Below, piece after piece: positions 28,553-37,451 of a DNA stretch of 64,000 bases. The translations under genes were made by a program, and so were the position numbers. Position 1 is the first letter of the stretch; each line of letters opens with the position of its first letter. The stretch comes from Actinomycetota bacterium (GTDB lineage: Bacteria > Actinomycetota > Actinomycetes > Mycobacteriales > Mycobacteriaceae): the NCBI GenBank assembly GCA_040752555.1, contig JBFMGT010000001.1:402352-466351 (forward strand), written 5' to 3'. The notes beneath the pieces are model-generated. The model had not been told where the DNA came from. It was given only the letters and a program-made list of their open reading frames with translations, and did not search any database.

Positions 28553-29212
28553 GTGACGACGGTGAAGAGGTCGGGTAGTCGCTCGGAAGCGACGGCGACG
28601 GCGCTCGTCGAGGCGGCACTCGAGATCGTTCGAGAATCCGGTGTCAAGAGCGTCACCCATCGCAAAGTGTGCAGCCGGGCCGGTGTGGCGCTGGGGAGCA
28701 GCACCTACCACTACGAGAACCTCGACGCACTGATCCTCGACGCGTTCGCCCATTACGTCGAGACCGTCTCGGTGAAGTACGAGGACTATTTCTCGCGCGT
28801 CACGTGTGACGAGGAGCTGATCGACGCGATGCTCCGCGTGACGACGATCCTCACCACCGACGTCGGCAACGCAATTCTCGACTGGGAGCTTCTCGCTGAG
28901 GCAGGCCGCGAGCAGGCCTACCGCGAATTGGCACAACGATGGTCACACCGGGCTCGCTCCGCAATCGAGGCATACGTGTCGAAGCGGACAGCGTTCATGC
29001 TGGAGACGATCTGGGACGGGACCACCATTCAACGGGTGCTCAACGGAACTCAACTCAGCGATGCCGACCTCCGCGACCTGATCGGCGCCGCACTCGCGCT
29101 CGACACCGAGCGCAAGTACCCGGCCAGTGCGGCCACGCCACAAACGCGATCGCGCAAGGCGCCGGCGCCGAGGAGCAGGTCCCGTTCATCGCGCCAGTCG
29201 TCGGAGGTCTGA
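28553..29212 (+). CDS. TetR family regulator
   Basis: VTHRKVCSRAGVALGSSTYHY. Confidence 0.88.
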   Translation: MTTVKRSGSRSEATATALVEAALEIVRESGVKSVTHRKVCSRAGVALGSSTYHYENLDALILDAFAHYVETVSVKYEDYFSRVTCDEELIDAMLRVTTILTTDVGNAILDWELLAEAGREQAYRELAQRWSHRARSAIEAYVSKRTAFMLETIWDGTTIQRVLNGTQLSDADLRDLIGAALALDTERKYPASAATPQTRSRKAPAPRSRSRSSRQSSEV

Positions 29213-29848
29213 GGCCGCTTCGAGCACATCACCCACGAGCGGGTAGAGGGTGTCGTGTTCGGCCACCGGTGCGGGCTCGGTGCCGCCCGCCATGTGCACG
29301 CGGTTGTGCCACCACACGGGCATGCCGGCGTTGCCTGCTCCGGCGATGTCGTAGCGCGATCCTGCGACGAAGAGCACGCGATGAGGTTCGAGCCCAAGCT
29401 GCTGCAACGCGAGAACGTACGGCGCGGGTTGTGGTTTGTAGGCGCCGGCCGTTTCGGCTGTGACGATGACGTCGAGAGGGACGGTGAGCCGTGAGGCCGC
29501 GAGGTGCCCCAGATGTTCTGAGCAGTTGGTGACCACTCCGAGCTTGACGCCAGCCGAGGCCAACTCCGTCAGCACGTCAGGCGCCTCAGTCCAGGGCTGC
29601 AATTCTGCCCAGCGGGCGGACAGGCCGGCAGCCAAGCCGCGATCGAGATGCAGTGCCTCTGCCGCATCGGCGACCAAGGTCTCGTAGTCTCGATACGAGC
29701 CCTGCCCATAGGTGATCTCGAGATACTTGTTCCGCCAGAGCCTTCCGGTACGAGGGTCTCCTGCGACGTCGTTCCACACGGTCCACGAGTCGAGCAGTGC
29801 GGTGAGCAGATCGAAGAGCACCGCGTCGTAACGCGCGGACCGACTCAC
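29186..29848 (-). CDS. HAD superfamily hydrolase (haloacid dehalogenase-like)
   Basis: VLFDL, VVTN, YKP, FVAGS..D motifs; GTGA overlap with the upstream stop. Confidence 0.88.
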   Translation of the reverse strand: MSRSARYDAVLFDLLTALLDSWTVWNDVAGDPRTGRLWRNKYLEITYGQGSYRDYETLVADAAEALHLDRGLAAGLSARWAELQPWTEAPDVLTELASAGVKLGVVTNCSEHLGHLAASRLTVPLDVIVTAETAGAYKPQPAPYVLALQQLGLEPHRVLFVAGSRYDIAGAGNAGMPVWWHNRVHMAGGTEPAPVAEHDTLYPLVGDVLEAASDLRRLAR

Positions 29849-30477
29849 GACCATTCGGCGAGCACCCGCATCTTGCCGGCCTTGACCGCCGCGTCGCGCC
29901 GCAGCTTCTTCAATTCGGTCGCGAACGCGTTGCGCTCGTTGCTTTGGATGTTCAATGGCAGCTCCAGCGCCTGCAGCAGCTTCGCTTCCAGATGCCAGGG
30001 CTCGGGGTGCAGAACCCATGACACGGCGACGTTCTCGGCCATCCACTGCGTGAGGATCGCTTCCCCGCCGGCGAACGTCTGGCGTTTGCCCGACCCCACC
30101 CGGCGCAGCGCGAATCCGAGTTCCCCGCCCAGCAGCACCCCCAAAGATTTGCGCAGGGTCGAGCCGTCCGCCCCGGCATTGCCCGCGCCGAAGTGGTAGC
30201 GGATGCGCTTGCGCAGGTCCTGCGGAGTCTGCGGCTTGCCGTCGGCTCGCGGCGGGCCTGGGCTCACGCCGACGTACAGCAGCGTCCAGCCATCGCGCTC
30301 CTCGCAGCCGGACACGTCGATCCCGCCGGGGATCTCCCGGAACCACCACCCGTGCGCACCGGCCTTGGCGGGCACCGGGTCGGCCTCGGAGAACACCTCG
30401 TTGCGCGTATACCGCTGCGCGGCAAGGAAATGTGCGATCACGTCCGCGGTGCGCTTCTCGGACATCCTGCCAGCCAT
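29845..30477 (-). CDS. GIY-YIG-like nuclease family protein
   Basis: GAHGWW...LLYVGVS...LRKRIRYH...STLRKSLG...E...LPLN. Confidence 0.65.
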   Translation of the reverse strand: MAGRMSEKRTADVIAHFLAAQRYTRNEVFSEADPVPAKAGAHGWWFREIPGGIDVSGCEERDGWTLLYVGVSPGPPRADGKPQTPQDLRKRIRYHFGAGNAGADGSTLRKSLGVLLGGELGFALRRVGSGKRQTFAGGEAILTQWMAENVAVSWVLHPEPWHLEAKLLQALELPLNIQSNERNAFATELKKLRRDAAVKAGKMRVLAEWS

Positions 30478-30528
30478 GCCACCCAGCCTAGCCGCCCCGC
30501 ATCAGACGAAACGCAATCCGCCGCATCG

Positions 30529-32220
30529 TCAGGCCGCGCGGGTGATGGATGTCTGTCCTCCGACCGGCAGGTCATGCCCCGGCAGGGGCTCGTAGACGAA
30601 CCAGTTGCGGCCGCCGAAGTCGAAGACGGCAGTCAACACGGCTTCCAGCAACGGATTCCACACCGGACGTGCCGGATACCCCAGCGGCAGAACGACGGCA
30701 TCAGCGGCGCCGGCAGGCGTAGGAATCGCGATCTGCTCTCCGGGCGCACCGTAGACGCCCTGTGACCGCGTCCCGGAGAACAGGTCGTTCACCCAACCGG
30801 CCGTCAGGATTTCGGCGGCGTCGATGTTCTGTGGCTTCGAGAAGCCGGCGGTGAGGTACTCGGCGAACTGGATGATCTTGTTGCCGCCCAGCATGTAATC
30901 GATGTGCCTGCCGCCGACGAGGTTGACCCCGTTGAAGTCGTCGGGCCGCGCCAGCTGCAGCTTGTCGGCCATGTCCCCGTTTCGACTCCAGAAATAGCGG
31001 TCGGAGGAGATGAGGTAGATGGGCCGGTAGTCGGCACCGCGAAGCTTCGACAGCGCATTGCTCACGAAAGGCGACCCGGCGGGTTCCACACCGTCGAGCA
31101 TCACGATGCCCTGGAGGTCGGCGATCGCACCGTTGTCGGCGAGGTAGCCGGCGACGCTGGTGACCAGAGTGCCGCCCGCCGAGTGCCCGACGAGCACGAA
31201 CCTCTGGGGCAGAGCCACGTCGTATCCCGCTGCAGTGCTGGCACTCTCGGTGAGCGCTGCACGGTCACCGACGAACAGGTCGGCGACCGCGCGTTGAATG
31301 GTCGAGCCACCCACCCACTCGGCCGACGGTGAGAAGAAGTTCGACGACAAGGACGGCGCCACGATGATGGCGCCGGTGCGCTCGGCGAGATGCGCGATGG
31401 TGTAGCTGTAGATCGGCCCGCTGGCGAGGAAACCGTGCTGGAAATAGATCAGCCGCGTCGAGTCGTCGGCGTCCTCGGGAAAGTACCAGTCGGCCTGCAC
31501 GGAGCGTCCGGTTCCGATCGGCAGCGTGAGGCTTGACGTCCGCACGGTGACGGTGCTGTTCGGCGGAAGAACGGGTGGCCCGTCGGCGAGATGGATCAGT
31601 CCGACGAGAGTGTTGAGGACCAGCGATCCCACCACGTTGATCAGTCCGGCGCGCCGCGGCGGACTCGGCGCAGGCCCGTCGACGTCGACCTCCACCCGAG
31701 TCGCGACGGACGGCGCCACCACCGGACCCGACGGTGTCGTGGTCGCCGTCGTCCTACGCGACGCGACGCGGTCGGCGATTCTCTCGCGGAGGGTCGGGCG
31801 GTCAGCGGTGCCGGCCGTCGACTCCGCCGCTGCAGGACGCTCGACATCGGCTTCGGTTGTCACTGCGTTTTTTTGATCCGTCTCCGCGATGGGGCGCGCG
31901 GGGACGTCGTCCCGTGGCGCCGTCTGCCGCGTGGCCCGAGGCGAGCGACGCGGGGCGTCCTCCGTCGACTCTTCAGCCTCTGCCTTCGCGTGGCGGGGCG
32001 CGAGCCATCGAGGGGGATGAGAGTCTGCGTCGGATCGTTCGCCCCGACGGGCTCGCGGAGAGGTTTCGGCTCGGGATCCCGAGTCGGTCGGTGCGCTGAC
32101 CGTCGCCTGTCCGCCCGCCGCGTCCGGCTCCGCCGCCGCGGTGGCGACGCCGAGGAACAGCGCTGCTGACACCGGCGCCGTCAGAACGCTCAGAGTCACG
32201 ACCGCCGCGGTGCGTCGCAT
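30529..32220 (-). CDS. Secreted alpha/beta hydrolase with low-complexity linker
   Basis: Signal peptide, FQHGFLA, GHSAG, GGRHID. Confidence 0.8.
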   Translation of the reverse strand: MRRTAAVVTLSVLTAPVSAALFLGVATAAAEPDAAGGQATVSAPTDSGSRAETSPRARRGERSDADSHPPRWLAPRHAKAEAEESTEDAPRRSPRATRQTAPRDDVPARPIAETDQKNAVTTEADVERPAAAESTAGTADRPTLRERIADRVASRRTTATTTPSGPVVAPSVATRVEVDVDGPAPSPPRRAGLINVVGSLVLNTLVGLIHLADGPPVLPPNSTVTVRTSSLTLPIGTGRSVQADWYFPEDADDSTRLIYFQHGFLASGPIYSYTIAHLAERTGAIIVAPSLSSNFFSPSAEWVGGSTIQRAVADLFVGDRAALTESASTAAGYDVALPQRFVLVGHSAGGTLVTSVAGYLADNGAIADLQGIVMLDGVEPAGSPFVSNALSKLRGADYRPIYLISSDRYFWSRNGDMADKLQLARPDDFNGVNLVGGRHIDYMLGGNKIIQFAEYLTAGFSKPQNIDAAEILTAGWVNDLFSGTRSQGVYGAPGEQIAIPTPAGAADAVVLPLGYPARPVWNPLLEAVLTAVFDFGGRNWFVYEPLPGHDLPVGGQTSITRAA

Positions 32221-32234
32221 CACCGACACCTCTC

Positions 32235-32270
32235 TATAAATAGACATCAGATGGTTGATGTCTATTTATA
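32235..32270. promoter_or_regulatory. Perfect 15-bp inverted repeat TATAAATAGACATCA-N6-TGATGTCTATTTATA
   Basis: Direct reading; between the divergent hydrolase and TetR. Confidence 0.8.
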
Positions 32271-32330
32271 TGACGCGTTCTCAATCAGGGCAAGGGCCTC
32301 GGGCATACTGGTCGCCCGAAGGACATCACG

Positions 32331-33020
32331 ATGAACGCATCCCCCGACGCCGCCGGAGCGGCACCGCCGCGACGACCGCGCGGGCGTCCACCCGGTGGGG
32401 GCAACTCCGCGGATCAGGCTCGTACTGTGCTCATGGATGCGGCGGAGCGATCGATCCTGGAGCGCGGGTTCCAAGCCTCGACGATGGAGCTCATCGCTCG
32501 CGAAGCCGGCTACTCCCGCGCGGCGATGTACCGCCATTTCCCGAACCGCCAGCGCCTCCTCGAGGAGCTGGTGGCCCGCAAGACCCGCGCGCATCAGCAA
32601 CACATCCTGGAGCGCCTTCCGCAGGGCGCGAGCCTGGCCGACATGCTGGTCGAGAGCCTCGTGATCGTGGCGACCGAGCTCGTCGACGACCCGCTGTTGC
32701 AGACGTTGTCGGAGCACACCGAAGACGGCACGATCGCGCAGCTGATCGTGCAGGACCAATCGCTGACAGAGCTGATCACCCTGCTCGTCGACACACTCGA
32801 CCTCGATCGCGACGCTCTACGCGACGGGCTGCACCCCGCAGACGTGGCGCAGTTCCTCGTCACCACAGCGATCACGCTGTTGATGGGAGTCGTTCCAGAC
32901 TCCACGGATCCGGAAACCGCGCGTCGGTACCTACAGACCTTCGTCCTGCCCGCGCTGCTGAGAGATCCGCCGGGCCCGGCGCCGGTCTTCAAGCACGCCG
33001 GTCCATCACGCAGCCGCTAG
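32331..33020 (+). CDS. TetR family regulator
   Basis: TMELIAREAGYSRAAMYRHF. Confidence 0.9.
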   Translation: MNASPDAAGAAPPRRPRGRPPGGGNSADQARTVLMDAAERSILERGFQASTMELIAREAGYSRAAMYRHFPNRQRLLEELVARKTRAHQQHILERLPQGASLADMLVESLVIVATELVDDPLLQTLSEHTEDGTIAQLIVQDQSLTELITLLVDTLDLDRDALRDGLHPADVAQFLVTTAITLLMGVVPDSTDPETARRYLQTFVLPALLRDPPGPAPVFKHAGPSRSR

Positions 33021-33041
33021 CGATTCGCCACCACCGACACC

Positions 33042-34394
33042 TCAAGCGAAATGCGACTTGTACACCTGGCCGTGTACCCCGACGGTGCGATCCACCACCT
33101 GTGACACCGAGAAGTCCGCGGCCGCAGACAGATACGCGTACGCCGTCGCGCGGTCCATACCCTGGTCGGTCTCCAGGAAGTCCAACGCATTGACCACCGC
33201 GCGCCGCATCGCCACGTCCAAGTCGCTGCCCTGCCCGCCGACCGAACCGTCAGGGTCCGACAGGCCGATGGGCACCCAGGCCTCCGCGGTCTCGGCGAAC
33301 GGATAACGGTACGACACCGAAGGGGCGTCGCCCGATCCCGGCTTGCACACCGTCAACCGGTAGGTGCCCCGCAACGAGCCCTCCATCGCGGTCAGTGCGA
33401 CCTCGCCGTCACCCATCGCCATGTGCGGATCGCCGACGTAGAACAGCGCCCCCTCGGCGAACACGGGCAGGTAGAACGTCGACCCGGGACCCAGCAGGCG
33501 GATGTCGATGTTGCCGCCGCCGACCGTCGGCGGAATCGAATTGGCGGTGGCCGCGGTCAACTCGCGGTCCTGGGAGAAGGCGACGCCCATCATGCCCATG
33601 AACGGTCGCAGCGGAAATCGGACCTGAGCGTCGCCGTAGGTCATCACGCCGTGGCCGTCCTCGACGGCCGTGAACGTCGACATGTTGCCGTAGCGGGTGG
33701 GATCAGCAGTAGGTCGTCCGTCGGTCGCTGTCGCCGGCATGACCTCCGCGAGCGTCACCCCGGCCGGTGGGGCACCGTCTGCCGCGCGGGCCAGCGCCCC
33801 CTTTCCGTGCCTGCTCGAGACCACGCCGTAGGGCACACGCGGAATAGCCTCCAGCACTTGGATCTTCAGGACATCACCCGGCTGCGCCCCCTCGACGAAG
33901 ACAGGCCCGGTGACGACGTGCGGGCCGTCCTTGTCGAAGTCGCGCGGGGTTCTGCGGTACTCCGCAGCGATCGTGACGGCATCGGCGAGAACGTCGTACT
34001 CCGAGACGCCGTGGCCACCGAAATACTCCACCGGGTCACGGCCCTGATCTTCGAGGATGCCCTCATGGCTGACCGCGTCGATGCTCACCGTCTGGCCGGA
34101 CCTCATCTGCAGCACCGGCTTGGCGTGCACGTTCGGCACATAGCCCCAGAGCACCTCGTCGGGCAGGGACTGCAGGTAGTGATCACCGGCGGGGTCGCCC
34201 TGGCCCGGCTGCAAAATGGTGAAGCTGCCCGCCGTCGCCGACGGTGGCGTGGGCGCGGATGAGCCCGAGGAGCAGGCCGCGGCGACCCCGGCAACGCCGG
34301 TACCCACGCCGACGGCGGTCACCGCGCGCAGGAAATCCCGTCGGCCGAGCCCCGTCCACAGCGTCTCAGCAGCCTGTCGTGCAAACTCGACCAT
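33042..34394 (-). CDS. Acetamidase/formamidase family protein with Tat lipoprotein signal
   Basis: GRRDFL, AAAC; HVVTGPVFVEGAQPGD, GGNID, GDPHMAMGDGEV. Confidence 0.88.
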   Translation of the reverse strand: MVEFARQAAETLWTGLGRRDFLRAVTAVGVGTGVAGVAAACSSGSSAPTPPSATAGSFTILQPGQGDPAGDHYLQSLPDEVLWGYVPNVHAKPVLQMRSGQTVSIDAVSHEGILEDQGRDPVEYFGGHGVSEYDVLADAVTIAAEYRRTPRDFDKDGPHVVTGPVFVEGAQPGDVLKIQVLEAIPRVPYGVVSSRHGKGALARAADGAPPAGVTLAEVMPATATDGRPTADPTRYGNMSTFTAVEDGHGVMTYGDAQVRFPLRPFMGMMGVAFSQDRELTAATANSIPPTVGGGNIDIRLLGPGSTFYLPVFAEGALFYVGDPHMAMGDGEVALTAMEGSLRGTYRLTVCKPGSGDAPSVSYRYPFAETAEAWVPIGLSDPDGSVGGQGSDLDVAMRRAVVNALDFLETDQGMDRATAYAYLSAAADFSVSQVVDRTVGVHGQVYKSHFA

Positions 34395-34529
34395 TTCCCG
34401 ACCTTTCGTAGTGGCACGAAAGGTGGTACCCCGCAGTGTTTCCGACCGGATACCGATGTGGAACGTCTGTGTAAGGGATGCTCGGCCCTGCCTCGAAACT
34501 GTCGACGGTGTTCGTCGTTGAGGGCGCTG

Positions 34530-35354
34530 TCATCCTGTCGTCGGGATCGTGCTGAAGATCGGCCAGCAGATCTCCGTGGCGGTGAACGCCATGGGCGCCG
34601 AGGGCGTGGAGCCGAGGTAGTGTTCGCGGATCGACCCCTGGCCGCTGATCAGGTGCTCGTTGACGTACGTGCCGAGCGCGCCGTAACTGCGGTCGATGCC
34701 GTCGTGGCCGCCGGGGTGGGTGAGCACCGCGTACTCCGCCTTGGGCAGCACCTCGGCGCGGACGCCGACCGGGGGGTCCGCGGACTGCGGCGCGGGGACG
34801 AAGAGGGTTGCACTGCCCCGTGATTCGAGGAACAACGCCCGGTCGTAGAGCCCGCCCGGCACGACACCGCGATCCGCACCCGCCGCGGCCACCGCGTCGC
34901 GCAGTGTCGTCAACGCCGCCCCGAACCAGGCGTCGATCTCCGAGGTCTCGATGGTGGCACCGATCGCCCACACCGCGAGCGCGGGTTCGCGGCGCACCGC
35001 CACGTCGGGAGGGGTCTGCGCGGGAGAGAGCAGTTCGCGCAGCGCACCCACGGTGTCACGGGTCTGCTGCAACTGCTCCTCCATCTGCGCGAGATGACTC
35101 GTGATGATGTCGGTGCGGGCTGCGGCGTCATCGGTGCTCAGCAGCGCCTTGATGTCGGGGATGGACATGCCCAGCGATCGGAACCGGCGGATGATGTGCG
35201 CGTGATCGACCTGGCTGGTGTCGTAGAAGCGATAGCCGGTGTGTGCGTCGACGTGGGCCGGCTCGAGGATGCCGATGTCGTGGTAGTGCCGTAGGGCCTT
35301 GCGGCTCAGCGTGGTCATCACGGCGAAGTCGCCGATCGACACTTTCGCACCCAT
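34530..35354 (-). CDS. MerR family regulator with GyrI-like effector domain
   Basis: SIGDFA...LSRKALRHYHDIGILEPA.VD..TGYRFY. Confidence 0.92.
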   Translation of the reverse strand: MGAKVSIGDFAVMTTLSRKALRHYHDIGILEPAHVDAHTGYRFYDTSQVDHAHIIRRFRSLGMSIPDIKALLSTDDAAARTDIITSHLAQMEEQLQQTRDTVGALRELLSPAQTPPDVAVRREPALAVWAIGATIETSEIDAWFGAALTTLRDAVAAAGADRGVVPGGLYDRALFLESRGSATLFVPAPQSADPPVGVRAEVLPKAEYAVLTHPGGHDGIDRSYGALGTYVNEHLISGQGSIREHYLGSTPSAPMAFTATEICWPIFSTIPTTG

Positions 35355-35395
35355 GACACCCTCCTCTGCGATCCCCGGCGGATTCCGGTCAGGCC

Positions 35396-35426
35396 ATCGT
35401 GCAGTTTCCCCCAGGGGGAAGGTCAA
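35396..35426 (-). promoter_or_regulatory. MerR-type promoter TTGACC-N19-CACGAT for merR
   Basis: 19-bp spacer containing a dyad (TTCCCCC-T-GGGGGAA). Confidence 0.65.
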
Positions 35427-35463
35427 CATCACGGCGAGTCCCGAGATTTTTTCCCGGCCGGGG

Positions 35464-35494
35464 TTGACCTTCCCCTTACGGAAACGTCCACCGT
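35464..35494 (+). promoter_or_regulatory. MerR-type promoter TTGACC-N19-CACCGT, leaderless start at 35501
   Basis: 19-bp spacer; shares GTTGACCTTCCCC with the opposite-strand copy. Confidence 0.7.
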
Positions 35495-35500
35495 CGGGTC

Positions 35501-35842
35501 ATGACCAACACAGACTGGGGTGCACTCCCCGACACCGTGAGAACGTTCATGACCGCACTCGATGCCCGTGAGGTGGATCGAGCGCTGACCACACTCACCC
35601 CGGACGCCGTCGTCACCGACGAAGGCCATGACTACAAGGGACATGACGACATCGGCTCCTGGATCGCGACCGCGGCCAGCGAATACACCTACACCACCGC
35701 TTTCACCGGCGCGAACACGACGGACGCGGGAGTCGACGTCGGGCAGCATTTGGAGGGCGACTTCCCCGGCGGGGTCGCCGACCTGCACTACCGCTTCACC
35801 CTCGACGGTGCGCTGATCAGCCGGCTGGTGATCGAGCCATGA
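35501..35842 (+). CDS. SnoaL/NTF2-like protein
   Basis: DAVVTDEGHDYKG...GDFPGG..DL.YRFTL. Confidence 0.85.
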   Translation: MTNTDWGALPDTVRTFMTALDAREVDRALTTLTPDAVVTDEGHDYKGHDDIGSWIATAASEYTYTTAFTGANTTDAGVDVGQHLEGDFPGGVADLHYRFTLDGALISRLVIEP

Positions 35843-36678
35843 GCAGAAGATGGTTCATCACCGGCGGCACCCCCGGCGGCTTCGGGGTGGCGTTCGCCGA
35901 GGCGGCGCTGGAGGCGGGGGATCGCGTCGTGCTCACCTCCCGGCGCCCGCAGGAGATGGCGTCGTGGGCCGACCAGTACGGTGACCGCGTTCTCGTCGTG
36001 CCGCTGGAACTCACCGATGCGGCACAGGTGCAGCGTGCGGTGCAGACAGCCGAAGAGCACTTCGGCGGTATCGACGTGCTGGTCAACAACGCCGGCCGCG
36101 GTTGGTACGGATCGATCGAGGGGATGGCTGAATCCTCGTTGCGGGCGATGTTCGAGTTGAACTTCTTCGCGGTGTTGTCCGTGACCCGCGCGGTGCTCCC
36201 GGGCATGCGCGCTCGCGGGAGTGGGTGGATCGTCAACGTGTCCTCGGTGGCTGGGCTCGTGTCGGCAGTCGGATTCGGGTACTACAGTGCGACGAAGTTC
36301 GCCATCGAAGCCGTCACCGACGCACTGCGCGAGGAAGTCGCCGAGCAGGGCATCTCTGTGCTGACGGTCGAACCGGGGGCGTTCCGTACGAACGCCTACA
36401 CCGGCTTCGCGGATGAGCCCATCGACGAGCCGATTCCCGTATACCACGACCTGCTGAAGCAGGTCCGCGCCGCATTCGTTGCGATGGACGGTGTGCAGCC
36501 CGGCGACCCGCGCCGCGGGGCCCGTGCGGTGATCGCGGCAATGGCCCAAGATCCGCCTCCCCGTCGGCTGGTCCTGGGCAACAGCGGATACGACGCTGTG
36601 ATCGATGCGCTGGAGCAGACGCTGGCCGACCTCCGGTCGAACGAAAAGCTCTCTCGCGGAGCAGATTTCCCGGAGTAG
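35839..36678 (+). CDS. SDR oxidoreductase
   Basis: ITGGTPGGFG, NNAG, YSATK. Confidence 0.9.
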   Translation: MSRRWFITGGTPGGFGVAFAEAALEAGDRVVLTSRRPQEMASWADQYGDRVLVVPLELTDAAQVQRAVQTAEEHFGGIDVLVNNAGRGWYGSIEGMAESSLRAMFELNFFAVLSVTRAVLPGMRARGSGWIVNVSSVAGLVSAVGFGYYSATKFAIEAVTDALREEVAEQGISVLTVEPGAFRTNAYTGFADEPIDEPIPVYHDLLKQVRAAFVAMDGVQPGDPRRGARAVIAAMAQDPPPRRLVLGNSGYDAVIDALEQTLADLRSNEKLSRGADFPE

Positions 36679-36744
36679 CCGAGTGTCGAAGCGAGCCGGG
36701 CCGACGGCATGCGGAAACGGCTCACCGTCGGCTGAGGCCGAACG

Positions 36745-36882
36745 TCAGCGCTTCTTGTTGTCGAACAACGCCTCAGCCGACGATCTCTTGGCCGCCGTCT
36801 TCGCGCTCTTCTCTACGCGTTTCTCTTTCAACGACTTTCCCGACTTCTTGGACATGGCTTGGCGCGGAGACTTGTCGGACAT
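36745..36882 (-). CDS. Small Lys-rich protein (45 aa), not in ORF track
   Basis: MSDKSPRQAMSKKSGKSLKEKRVEKSAKTAAKRSSAEALFDNKKR by manual translation. Confidence 0.65.
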   Translation of the reverse strand: MSDKSPRQAMSKKSGKSLKEKRVEKSAKTAAKRSSAEALFDNKKR

Positions 36883-37027
36883 TGAGGAGCCCCTTGATCG
36901 TGGGGGCCTGTGTGGTCCCGATGGTCTGACCGTACTCCTATCCGAGGTCTTCGTGGGTGTGCGTGTAGCGTGGAGTCATCGGGCAGCTCGGAAATCGAGC
37001 GAACATGTCTGATTGAAGAGGAAACTC

Positions 37028-37186
37028 ATGGCATCGCCCACAATCATCCGATCGCCCTACGACATTCGGCTCGCGCTGGTTCAAGACACCATCACGAGTC
37101 ACTCGGAGCTCGATTCCGAAGCAGCACGCGGGTTGGCGGTGCACATCCTGGCGGCGCTCAACGCCATCCCCGAAAAGATGCGCTGA
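37028..37186 (+). CDS. Small protein (52 aa, DUF6307-like), not in ORF track
   Basis: MASPTIIRSPYDIRLALVQDTITSHSELDSEAARGLAVHILAALNAIPEKMR; RBS GAGGA upstream. Confidence 0.65.
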   Translation: MASPTIIRSPYDIRLALVQDTITSHSELDSEAARGLAVHILAALNAIPEKMR

Positions 37187-37189
37187 CCC

Positions 37190-37387
37190 ATGACTGTCAA
37201 GGTGACGCTGCCGGACGGCCGGTTGGACAGCTACATGCGCTTCGGTGACACCTACGTCGAGCACGGTGACGGCAGTCTCGACGTCGTCCGGCTGGGTGCC
37301 AAGGCGACATTCAACTACACACGGGATCAGTGGGTCAGCGTGGAGGGCGATCGGAAGCGCTCGAAGACGGGGCTTTTCCGTCGTTGA
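37190..37387 (+). CDS. Small hypothetical protein
   Basis: 65-aa ORF 3 nt after the previous stop. Confidence 0.6.
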   Translation: MTVKVTLPDGRLDSYMRFGDTYVEHGDGSLDVVRLGAKATFNYTRDQWVSVEGDRKRSKTGLFRR

Positions 37388-37451
37388 CCCGTGACCGGTC
37401 TCTGACCGGGCACGCTCACGTCCGCGCCGACGAATCGCGGTCGACTTCGGC

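Noticed and set aside
29186-30349. 387-aa ORF suggesting a nuclease-HAD fusion
   Set aside because: The upstream part is off-frame over the GIY-YIG gene; HAD motifs start at the GTG overlapping the GIY-YIG stop
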